Origin: a virus
Lineage: Duplodnaviria > Caudoviricetes
IMG/VR virus record: IMGVR_UViG_3300028048_000042
Strand: one strand, 5' to 3'
Length of the DNA stretch: 64,000 nt
Shown here: in pieces, positions 27,116 to 35,729 of the stretch
Layout: each line of letters begins with the position of its first letter
How positions within the stretch are numbered: the first letter of the stretch is position 1
Position numbers and translations under genes: made by a program
The notes under the pieces: model-generated
Database searches by the model: none
What the model was told of the DNA's origin: nothing
What the model saw: the letters and a program-made list of their open reading frames with translations, nothing else

Positions 27116-28510
27116 ATGCACGTTACAGATGCTTATAAAGAAAAAACAAGAGAATTGTTGTCTTATATGTTGTTGGATAAGAAATTCGTAGTTTTATCCA
27201 TGACAAGATTGCGCAATGAATTCTTCCTTGGCAGAGTTTCGAAGTTGTTATATACCATTGTTATGGATTATTACAACAAACATCAAGAAATTATTACAGA
27301 AGAACGTCTTGGTGAACAAATTAATAATCATAAGTCTCAGTTAAAAACTGCTGATGATAGACTTGCATTAATTAAATTGTTTGGTGAAGCAAGTGCTCAA
27401 AAAGAAACGTTGTCTAAGGATGCAGAGGGTGAAAGTAATTTCAAGGGTTTGATGGAAGAATTTATCAACGAATACAAGCGTGATAAAATTCTTGATATGG
27501 CAAACATTTCCCTTAATTCTGATATAAAATCTCTTAATGAAGAAGGTATGGAAGAAGTCACTAAAAAATTGATGGCAAATCTTCTTGATATTGAGAGTAC
27601 AAAATATGATGTTCGCCGTGAAGGTTCTTTGATTGATAATGCACAAGAACGACTTGATAGATATAAAGCAATTGAACAAGACCCATCTAGTGTGAATTTG
27701 CTTAAATCAGGATTTAAACACATTGATGAATCAATCATTGGGTGGTCTGAAGGGTCAGAAAATATTGTTTGTGGTCGTAAAGGTGACGGTAAATCAGTCA
27801 TGCTTTTGAACCTTGGACATAATCTTTGGAAACAGGGCGAAAATGTAATCTTTTTCTCTTTGGAAATTGATAAAGAACAGTATGAACGCCGTTGGGATGC
27901 TCGTGCAGCTCTTGTGAGTTCTAAAGGATTAAAAGGTGGTATGCTTGATGAAAAGGACAGACAGTGTTATATTAAATATATTGAAGCCATGAAACAAGGT
28001 AAGGATATGTTTGGTAATACTGTTGGTGATGTGTATATCGTTGACTGTCCATCTAAAGTTACTGCAAATTATATTTCTGCTAAAGTGGAAGAAGTAGAAC
28101 GTGCTATGGGTAAGGAATATAAAGTAGTAATTGTAGACTATATGGGGATTATGCAAGCCGTTAGTCCAACAGGCACTCCACATATTGATTTTGGTAATAT
28201 TGCTTTGGAATTAAAACAATTTGCTCGTGACAAGCGTAAAGTTTTGTTTACCGCAGTTCAGATGAACCGTTCAGGTAAGAAGGATATGGATGGTAAGAAT
28301 GCTAAAGCTGATACTGATAGTATTGCAGGTTCAGATAGCATTGCAGACCATGCAGATACAATTTTTGTTGTTCGCTCTTTGGATGAAGAAACGGCTTTGG
28401 TTGAATCGTCTAAAACTCGTGATGGTAGCCATTTTAGTTTCCATATTCAGAAAAAGTATGACCAAATGTATATGCTTGAAATTGACAATTCAGATTGGGA
28501 AGAAGCGTAG
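27116..28510 (+). CDS. dnaB: Replicative DnaB-like helicase
   Basis: GRKGDGKS, FFSLE, VIVDY, LKQFA, QMNR, ADTI, KTRDG. Confidence 0.9.
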   Translation: MHVTDAYKEKTRELLSYMLLDKKFVVLSMTRLRNEFFLGRVSKLLYTIVMDYYNKHQEIITEERLGEQINNHKSQLKTADDRLALIKLFGEASAQKETLSKDAEGESNFKGLMEEFINEYKRDKILDMANISLNSDIKSLNEEGMEEVTKKLMANLLDIESTKYDVRREGSLIDNAQERLDRYKAIEQDPSSVNLLKSGFKHIDESIIGWSEGSENIVCGRKGDGKSVMLLNLGHNLWKQGENVIFFSLEIDKEQYERRWDARAALVSSKGLKGGMLDEKDRQCYIKYIEAMKQGKDMFGNTVGDVYIVDCPSKVTANYISAKVEEVERAMGKEYKVVIVDYMGIMQAVSPTGTPHIDFGNIALELKQFARDKRKVLFTAVQMNRSGKKDMDGKNAKADTDSIAGSDSIADHADTIFVVRSLDEETALVESSKTRDGSHFSFHIQKKYDQMYMLEIDNSDWEEA

Positions 28511-28533
28511 TTCATCCCAAAAGAGGATAAAAT

Positions 28534-29163
28534 ATGAATTACGAAGAAATTAAAGAACAAAGAAAATGGATAAATGAACATATTGACGGTGTAGATTATT
28601 TAAAACAACTGATTAAATTGAAGAAGATGGGCAATATCTATACCGCACTTTGTCCTTTTCATAAAGAAAAAACACCATCGCTTAGAGTTTACCCTGAAGG
28701 ACATAAGGGAGAAGACGGTACGCCACAAGACCATACATCTTGGTACTGTTTTGGATGTAAAAAGGGTGGAGATATTGTTAAGTTCGAAGAATTGTACTAT
28801 GATTGTGATACAGCAGAACAAGCTATTGAAAGCATAAAGGCTAAGTACAATCTTGAATATAGTGGAGATATTCATTTGAACGAAATGCGAAAATCTCTAC
28901 TAGAAATGCAAGCCCCCACAGTTAGTGCAAAATTTAGTTTACAAGAAGTAAATTTGATTTGTTCAGAAATGTGTAGAAATCATCTTCATGAAGTTTTGCA
29001 TAAATATCCTGAACAATTTGATGAACATTTTAAAAAAATTCAGTCAATTTATGACAAATTGGACAAGGAACTTAGTAAAAGAAACGCAATTGAAGCGGAA
29101 ATTCTTATAAATCTCACACAAAATTCATTAAAAAACATGAAAATGATGTTGACAAAACAATGA
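28534..29163 (+). CDS. CHC2 zinc-finger protein (primase Zn-binding domain only)
   Basis: CPFHKEKTPS...WYCFGCKKGGD; no TOPRIM domain. Confidence 0.85.
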   Translation: MNYEEIKEQRKWINEHIDGVDYLKQLIKLKKMGNIYTALCPFHKEKTPSLRVYPEGHKGEDGTPQDHTSWYCFGCKKGGDIVKFEELYYDCDTAEQAIESIKAKYNLEYSGDIHLNEMRKSLLEMQAPTVSAKFSLQEVNLICSEMCRNHLHEVLHKYPEQFDEHFKKIQSIYDKLDKELSKRNAIEAEILINLTQNSLKNMKMMLTKQ

Positions 29164-29177
29164 AGGTTGTGTATAAT
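29149..29177 (+). promoter_or_regulatory. sigmaA consensus promoter for HU
   Basis: TTGACA-17-TATAAT. Confidence 0.8.
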
Positions 29178-29237
29178 ATAAATGTAAGTTGGTTCGAATG
29201 AACCGAAAATAAACAAAAAAGAAAGAGGAATTTAATT

Positions 29238-29516
29238 ATGACTAAGAAGGACATTGTAAATGTAGTAGCAGAGAATGTAGAAATGACTAAGGCTGATGTT
29301 GAGAAAGTTGTAAATGCAACTATCGAAGCTATCGAAAATGCCCTTGTAAATGGTGACAACGTTCAGTTCACAGGTTTCGGTACTTTTGAGGTTCGCGAAC
29401 GTGCAGAGCGTAAGGGTCGCAATCCTAAGACAGGTGAGGAACTTGTGATTCCTGCAAGCAAAACTCCTGCTTTCAAGGTAGGTAAGTCCTTTAAGAATGC
29501 TGTCAACGGCAAGTGA
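29238..29516 (+). CDS. hup: HU DNA-binding protein
   Basis: GFGTFEVRERAERKGRNPKTGE...PAFK. Confidence 0.95.
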   Translation: MTKKDIVNVVAENVEMTKADVEKVVNATIEAIENALVNGDNVQFTGFGTFEVRERAERKGRNPKTGEELVIPASKTPAFKVGKSFKNAVNGK

Positions 29517-29566
29517 TTAATTCCAAGACTTGCCGATAGATAGATTTCAGGTTTTTCATAATCCCC

Positions 29567-29597
29567 AAAAAAGGCGATATGTATATCGCCTTTTTTT
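29567..29597 (+). terminator. Rho-independent terminator
   Basis: AAAAAAGGCGATAT-GT-ATATCGCCTTTTTTT. Confidence 0.8.
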
Positions 29598-29621
29598 ATT
29601 GGAAAATGTTTTAAAAAATTG

Positions 29622-29650
29622 TTGACAAAACATTTAGAAAGAGTTATAAT
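29622..29650 (+). promoter_or_regulatory. sigmaA consensus promoter
   Basis: TTGACA-17-TATAAT. Confidence 0.8.
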
Positions 29651-29671
29651 ATAATCAAAGGAGAGAAGAAA

Positions 29672-29899
29672 ATGAAAATAAAATTTGGGAATATAAAAAA
29701 TAAGAAATTGCAAGCAATACTTAAAATGAATGAATATATTATTCGCCATGGAGAAGAAACAAAAATTTGTGAAAAGATGGTTGATGAAATTCTTGTACAA
29801 TTCCTTTCTAAACAAATTGTACAAGATAATGAAGATGATTTAGAGTTGGATGAAACAAAATCCTTGCAGTTAATATTGTTAAGAGTTTTTGGAATTTGA
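29672..29899 (+). CDS. Hypothetical protein
   Basis: AAGGAG SD; follows promoter. Confidence 0.6.
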   Translation: MKIKFGNIKNKKLQAILKMNEYIIRHGEETKICEKMVDEILVQFLSKQIVQDNEDDLELDETKSLQLILLRVFGI

Positions 29900-29913
29900 A
29901 GGGAGAATATAAA

Positions 29914-30696
29914 ATGGGCGCACTGAGTGTTTTGTTGATGCTTGTAGGAATAATTTTAGTTGGTTTTGCATTATTCTATTTACTTGGGGGTATTATTTGG
30001 GGGTTAATTTGTGTAGTATTTGCAGCTATTAGGGGATTGTTTAATGGTGCATATCATTTGGCAAACAAACGTCAGATTGACCCTGAATATGCAGAATATA
30101 TGGAAATGCAGGAGAAAAACAAACAGTTTGCTAAAGAAATGCAAACTCGTTTGAAAAAAGAAAATTCTCAGCAGGAAGCATATGACCGCCTTGCTTACTC
30201 TGTTTCTAAGAGAGTCAATGATTTGAAGGTAAAATATCCTCTTGCAGATAAGTATTTGTTCGATGAATTTATTGATGCTTTCACCTCTCGTACCATTGCA
30301 GAAAGTAAACAGATTGAAAAGCAGATTGAAATGTCTCACAATGCAAAGTTACAGTCTACTCAATCCTATAATAAGGAAAAGAAATATGAACTCCGTGAAG
30401 TGAAGAATTTCAATAAAGTTTCGGAGAAATCGTTTGAAGAGGTAACAGTAACAGTTTATCAAAATGGTTTGGATTACATTGTTGTTATTCATAATGACAA
30501 AACTGATTCTAATGTGATGTATGTTACTCAGAGTATTGTTGTGGCTAATCAGATGGCAATTAATGTGATTGACAAAGCAAGCCATAATTATTACAAGAAT
30601 ACTGCACACGTTGAAGAAAAGACCAATACTATTATGACGGAATCAGATGTAAATGATTTGATTGCATATACACTCAATATGGTAAATAAAAAATAA
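29914..30696 (+). CDS. Membrane-anchored hypothetical protein
   Basis: N-terminal hydrophobic stretch; GGGAG SD before ATG 29914. Confidence 0.7.
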   Translation: MGALSVLLMLVGIILVGFALFYLLGGIIWGLICVVFAAIRGLFNGAYHLANKRQIDPEYAEYMEMQEKNKQFAKEMQTRLKKENSQQEAYDRLAYSVSKRVNDLKVKYPLADKYLFDEFIDAFTSRTIAESKQIEKQIEMSHNAKLQSTQSYNKEKKYELREVKNFNKVSEKSFEEVTVTVYQNGLDYIVVIHNDKTDSNVMYVTQSIVVANQMAINVIDKASHNYYKNTAHVEEKTNTIMTESDVNDLIAYTLNMVNKK

Positions 30697-30868
30697 ACCA
30701 ATGTAGAATGTAATGTAAAATTTAACTGAAATCAAAAAGACAAATAATTGACTCAAATACACTCGCAAATAAAAGTTTTTTGTGAGTGTATTTTATTGAT
30801 GGAAATCGAAAGTTAGTTTGTTAATATTTTGATTGAATTTAATTTTAATTTAACATAGGTGATTAATT

Positions 30869-31144
30869 ATGAAAAAACGTGATATGGCTAAAGCCGTTTC
30901 TGAACGTTTAGATGGACTTTCCTTGGTTCAGATTGAGGATTGCATTGATGTGTTTTTCGAAGTTTTGGCAGATTGCCTTGCTGAAGGTGAAGCATACAAT
31001 CAGAAAAACTTTGGTACATTTAAGCGTATTGACCGTGCTCCTAGAAAAGGTCGCAACCCACAGACTCGTGAGACTGTAGAAATTCCTGCAACTCGTGCGT
31101 TGAAGGTTGTTGTTTCTAAGGCTCTAAAAGAAAAATTAAATTAA
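30869..31144 (+). CDS. Second, divergent HU/IHF-family protein
   Basis: NFGTFKRIDRAPRKGRNPQT. Confidence 0.9.
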   Translation: MKKRDMAKAVSERLDGLSLVQIEDCIDVFFEVLADCLAEGEAYNQKNFGTFKRIDRAPRKGRNPQTRETVEIPATRALKVVVSKALKEKLN

Positions 31145-31152
31145 ACAATAAT

Positions 31153-31180
31153 GAGGGATATAGATTAATCTATATCCCTC
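31153..31180 (+). terminator. Perfect 28-bp palindrome / putative terminator
   Basis: GAGGGATATAGATT|AATCTATATCCCTC. Confidence 0.6.
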
Positions 31181-31312
31181 TGTTGCTTAAAATATGACTT
31201 TAAAATCAAGGTATTTAATAAGTGGAAAAATAAAAATTTTTGACACGTAAAGAGGTGAAAAGGTTTAACTGTTATCTTATTTTTTCCAACAATAATAGTT
31301 TTACCTATAAAA

Positions 31313-31675
31313 ATGAATATGTCACAATATTTTGATGAAGAAACTTTGGCTTGTCCACATTGCGGTTGGATGCCTGAGGATGGTGTAGAAAAGGATTTAG
31401 CTGAATTCCTAGATGCTTTGCAGGAAGAAATTGATGAACCTTTAGAAGTTGTTAGTTGCATTCGCTGTCGTGAGTATAATGAGCTTATTGGTGGATTCGA
31501 AAATAGTTATCACATTCAGGGTATTGCAGTTGACCTCGGAGTTCCAACAGAAATGACAATTGAGGAATTTGCAGATTTGTGTGAAGAACTCGGAGCAGAA
31601 GGGTTGGTACTAAAACATGATGAAAGAATTGTTCACGTTGATATGCGTGGATATAAAGAAAGAATTGATATTTGA
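31313..31675 (+). CDS. Peptidase M15A-family (Zn D-Ala-D-Ala carboxypeptidase-like)
   Basis: RC..YN..IGG..NSYH..G.AVD, VHVDMRG. Confidence 0.85.
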   Translation: MNMSQYFDEETLACPHCGWMPEDGVEKDLAEFLDALQEEIDEPLEVVSCIRCREYNELIGGFENSYHIQGIAVDLGVPTEMTIEEFADLCEELGAEGLVLKHDERIVHVDMRGYKERIDI

Positions 31676-31775
31676 TTTCTTGTAGAAGTCGTTACATGAT
31701 GAAACTTATGTAGCGACTTTTATTTTTTTTTAAAAAATATATATAATATGAAGGACAATAAAGGAGGTTAATAAG

Positions 31776-32012
31776 ATGGAGTATTTAAAAGATAGGATTT
31801 TACTTAGTATTCCAATGGTTTGCTTTTTTTACGTTGCAACACTGAATTATGGGGCGATTGGATATGCGGTCTTCGGAGAAGGTATGCTGTCTATTCCGAT
31901 GGCTTTATTCGTTCTTTGGATTGCTTGCTTACTTGCCATTTTTGAAGTTGACGTAATTTCAAAACTTTGGAATTTTGCAAAGGAAAAATGGGGTGGACGA
32001 AAAAATGATTAA
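31776..32012 (+). CDS. Small two-TM membrane protein
   Basis: AAGGAGG SD; two hydrophobic segments. Confidence 0.65.
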   Translation: MEYLKDRILLSIPMVCFFYVATLNYGAIGYAVFGEGMLSIPMALFVLWIACLLAIFEVDVISKLWNFAKEKWGGRKND

Positions 32013-32346
32013 GGTTTTTTCAAAAATGATTATATCTGAAAAAGAACCAAAGCAATATTTTCAGGGCGTTGTAGGAACGAGAATTAAATTGTATACGGAT
32101 GAAGGAGTAGAATCTTCAGGTATATGTATTGCACATTTTACAGGAATAGATGAAGAAAATTATTTTGACGTAGAAAATAATTTGACTGCTTTGCAGGAAT
32201 TTATGCCTGAAGCAAATGTAATCAATGAGTATGGTTTGGAGTATGAATTTGATGAACCAATGAAATTAAATTTCTATATTACAAATGTAGAACATCCTTT
32301 TAAATTGTATGTAGAAGTTGAAGATGGGAGCGAAGACGTTGAGTAA
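32005..32346 (+). CDS. Hypothetical acidic protein
   Basis: ORF overlapping both neighbours. Confidence 0.6.
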   Translation: MIKVFSKMIISEKEPKQYFQGVVGTRIKLYTDEGVESSGICIAHFTGIDEENYFDVENNLTALQEFMPEANVINEYGLEYEFDEPMKLNFYITNVEHPFKLYVEVEDGSEDVE

Positions 32347-34551
32347 AGCAACAGAAGTAAAAGCGGAATATGGTGTAAAACAAATTCATGTACTTAAAGG
32401 TCTTGAAGCGGTGCAACAGCGTCCTGGTATGTATATAGGTAGTACATCACAGTCAGGTATTGACCAACTTGTATATGAAGTTATTGATAATAGTATTGAT
32501 GAATTTGTAGCAGGTTGGGGTGATGAAATTTCTGTTACTATTCGTAAGGATTACTCTGTAGAAGTGGTTGACCATGCTCGTGGTATTCCTGTTGGTATTA
32601 GTGATACATTTAAGGATGATGAAGGTAATCCTATAGATACATTGACAGGTATTCTTACAAACCTTCATGCAGGTGGTAAATTTTCATCTGAGGGGTACAA
32701 ATGTTCATCAGGTTTGCACGGCGTTGGCACTAAATGCGTCAATGCATTGAGTGATTCTTTTGATGTTGTAGTAAAACGTGATGGCTATACTTGGCATCAG
32801 CATTTTTGCAAAGGTAATCCAACAACAAAAGTGGAAAAACTTGAAGTCACAAAAGAAACAGGTACAACAATTGTATATCATCCTGATAAGAAAATTTTTA
32901 AATTGACGCTACAGCCGAGTGAACATGTTAAACATCGTTTGAAAGAATTAGCTTCGCTTAATGCAGGGTTAAAAATCATTTATAAGAATGAGATTACAAA
33001 AGATGAACAAGAATATCTTTTTACTAACGGTGTAGAAGGTTATACCCTTGCTATGGTTGAAGGTAAAAAGAAATTGTACGACAAACCTTTAACCTTTAAT
33101 AAAGTTTATAAGCAGGAAGGTCAACATGACATTATTTGTGATATTTCTTTTATTCATGATGATGAAGTAGAGCCAAATAGTCAATTAAAGTCATTTGCTA
33201 ATAACATTAATACTTATGAAGGTGGTTATCACTTAAAAGGATTTAAAGATTCTTTCAAAGAATGTATTAACTCCTACGGCATTGATAAAAAACTTATTAA
33301 AGAACCTATTGAAATGCAGTATTTAATGGATGGTATTCATGCTACAATTTCCATTAAATTGTATGACCCTGAGTTTGAAGGTCAGACAAAAACGAAACTT
33401 GGCAGTGAAGAAGCTCAGACAGCAGTAAATGCAGTAATGCATGAATTCTTTGATGAAATTTCAAAGAAAAAGGATTACAAGCCAATTCTTGATGCTATTG
33501 TAAATCGTGCTAGTAAGACTAAGGAAGCAGAACTTGCTGCTAGAAAAGCAAGAGCAGTTAGTCGTAAAGCTAAAAATGCAATGAAGATTTCCCTTCCAGG
33601 AAAATTAGCTGATTGTGCTAGTAAAAATGGTTATTCTGAACTTTGGATGTGCGAAGGTGATTCCGCCGCAGGTTCAATGAAGGAAGGTCGTAATCGTGAT
33701 TATCAGGCAATCCTTGGTTTGAGAGGTAAAATCCTTAATGTAAATAAGGCAGATATTGATAAGATTCTGAACTCTGATACAATCAAAGGAATTTTTGCTG
33801 CTATTGGCGGTGGCATTGGTAAAAAATTCAGTGTAAATGATACTCGTTACGATAAGATTATTCTTGCAACGGACGCAGATGTGGACGGTAGTCATATTCG
33901 AACATTGATTCTTACATTGATGTATTACTATTTACCTGGTCTTATTGAATCAGGTAAAGTGTTTGCAGCACAACCACCGTTGTATCGTATTATTAAATCT
34001 AATAATGAATCTGTTTATCTTTTGACTGATACTGATTTGAAAGAATATCGTGCAAATCATAAAGGTGAAAAATATCAGGTAAACCGATTCAAAGGGTGAG
34101 CGAAAACTTGGCCCTCACAGACTTTTCTGTTTATCAGCAGGGTACACAACATAATGGTTGTGTGCTAACGGAACGAGCCTGACCGTGTAATGACGAAGGT
34201 AAGCCCGTGGGAAACATTAATTTTGATAATTAATGAACCTGTATCGACTATTTCCTGTTGTGGGAAAGTAGGGGTGCTATTGATACGTACCTCGAAAAGG
34301 TCTGACGGCTAGTAGCCGTTAAGAGATAGTCAGTGCTTATAGAAATATAAGGTAAACACGTAGGTGAGATGAACCCTGACCAATTAAGAGAAACTACGAT
34401 GGATATTCGTAACAGAACACTTCGCAGAATTACTCTTAAAGAAGCAGAAGAAGTAGCAACTTTGTTCGAAACGCTTATGGGTAAAGACGTTCCTAAACGT
34501 AAGAAATTTATTGAAGCAAATTCTGATATGGTTGATTTGGATGCTATCTAA
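32339..34551 (+). CDS. gyrB: Type IIA topoisomerase B subunit; exons 32339-34097 + 34361-34551 (649 aa)
   Basis: LEAVQQRPGMYIG, EVIDNSIDE, GLHGVG, EGDSA, LRGKILNV, DADVDG; splicing restores RFKG-LGEMNP. Confidence 0.93.
34098..34360 (+). ncRNA. Group I self-splicing intron (263 nt, no ORF) in gyrB
   Basis: 5' exon ends in U; P1 AGGGU/GCCCU with U-G at the splice site; P7 elements UCGACUA / AAGAGAUAGUC; P9 CUUAUA-GAAA-UAUAAG; terminal G. Confidence 0.92.
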
Positions 34552-34567
34552 GATGCTATCTAATATG

Positions 34568-34596
34568 AAAAGAGGTGAGAAATCACCTCTTTTTTA
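34568..34596 (+). terminator. Rho-independent terminator
   Basis: AAAAGAGGTGA-GAAA-TCACCTCTTTTTT. Confidence 0.8.
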
Positions 34597-34736
34597 TTTT
34601 TTTTAAAAAAGTATGTAATATTTAACAATTTCACACATATATATGGCAAAAAGAGAAAATTTGGTCAAAATTATCATGCATTTTGTGCAAAAAAATCATT
34701 ATTTTGACTGAGTTCAGAAAATTTTTTAGAAATAAC

Positions 34737-34765
34737 TTGACAAAAAATGATTTTGATGCTAATAT
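34737..34765 (+). promoter_or_regulatory. sigmaA-type promoter
   Basis: TTGACA-17-TAATAT with extended TG. Confidence 0.55.
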
Positions 34766-34815
34766 ATAAAAAAAGATGTCAAGGAAATGTTTACAATGAA
34801 AGATGCGTGACAATT

Positions 34816-35016
34816 ATGAAAAGAGAGTATAAAGAATATTTAGAAACTTGGTATGGTGCTTATGCCGATGAAACTGTAATGGAAAGTAAAAAAATTGCAG
34901 GGGATAATATTGCTCTTTACGCTTTGGCTCGTGTGTGTAAAAATGATAAGAAAAAAATTGCACGTATGGCAGAAAGTATGAAAAATAATTACCAATTTGA
35001 TGTATACGCACATTGA
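34816..35016 (+). CDS. Small hypothetical protein
   Basis: ORF after promoter; start uncertain. Confidence 0.5.
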   Translation: MKREYKEYLETWYGAYADETVMESKKIAGDNIALYALARVCKNDKKKIARMAESMKNNYQFDVYAH

Positions 35017-35096
35017 TTTTGATTTGTATTGATGATATTTCCTTTGCTTTTTCCTATAATATTTTTAGAGAATAAAAAAGTAAAGGATATGAAAAT

Positions 35097-35645
35097 ATGG
35101 CACAATTATGGCTTTCTATGGATATTAAAAATCCTATGGAGCAGAATCAAATTGCATATTGGCAAAATTATATGAAAACTAAGGTAGATGCAGAATGGGA
35201 AAATCCAACAGCATTTCATATAACACTAGATTTTCTTGGCGAAGATGAAACTGATTTTGAAAAAGTTGAACAAGCCATGCGTATTTTTGAGCAGAATTAT
35301 GATAAATATAATCAATATATTTTTGCAAATAAGATTAATCGTTTTGATGGCGGTGCTATGTGGATGGGCGTAGATGATAGCATGAAATTGTATGAAATTC
35401 ACTATCTCATGCGTGAGTATTACAAACAGGTAGGCTATATACCTGCTCCAAGTAAATTTGAGGGGTATACTCCACATATTACATTGGCATACAATTCACC
35501 AAAAGATTTTGATTATGGGGCTATTAAGACAACAAAAATTCCTTTATTGGTTTCCAACGTTACTTTGTGGAATTCATTCAAGGTAAATGGGGAATACGTT
35601 GATAATATTTTGTATAGCGTTGATTTGACAAAACGTAGATTGTAA
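35097..35645 (+). CDS. 2H phosphoesterase (LigT/ThpR-like)
   Basis: Two HxT motifs: FHITLDFLGE and YTPHITLAY. Confidence 0.88.
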   Translation: MAQLWLSMDIKNPMEQNQIAYWQNYMKTKVDAEWENPTAFHITLDFLGEDETDFEKVEQAMRIFEQNYDKYNQYIFANKINRFDGGAMWMGVDDSMKLYEIHYLMREYYKQVGYIPAPSKFEGYTPHITLAYNSPKDFDYGAIKTTKIPLLVSNVTLWNSFKVNGEYVDNILYSVDLTKRRL

Positions 35646-35729
35646 TTAAAAGTAAGGTTTGAGCCTTACTTTTTTTCTTTTTTTTGACTATAATATCTCC
35701 GAAGTAATATGAAAAAAGGAGATTGAAAA

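Noticed and set aside
32318-34551. gyrB pseudogene or TGA readthrough
   Set aside because: A precise group I intron explains the break and restores KGLGEM.
34600-34800. Replication origin in AT-rich intergenic region
   Set aside because: Only short inverted repeats (GTCAAAAT/ATTTTGAC); no iterons or DnaA-box cluster seen; explained by a promoter.
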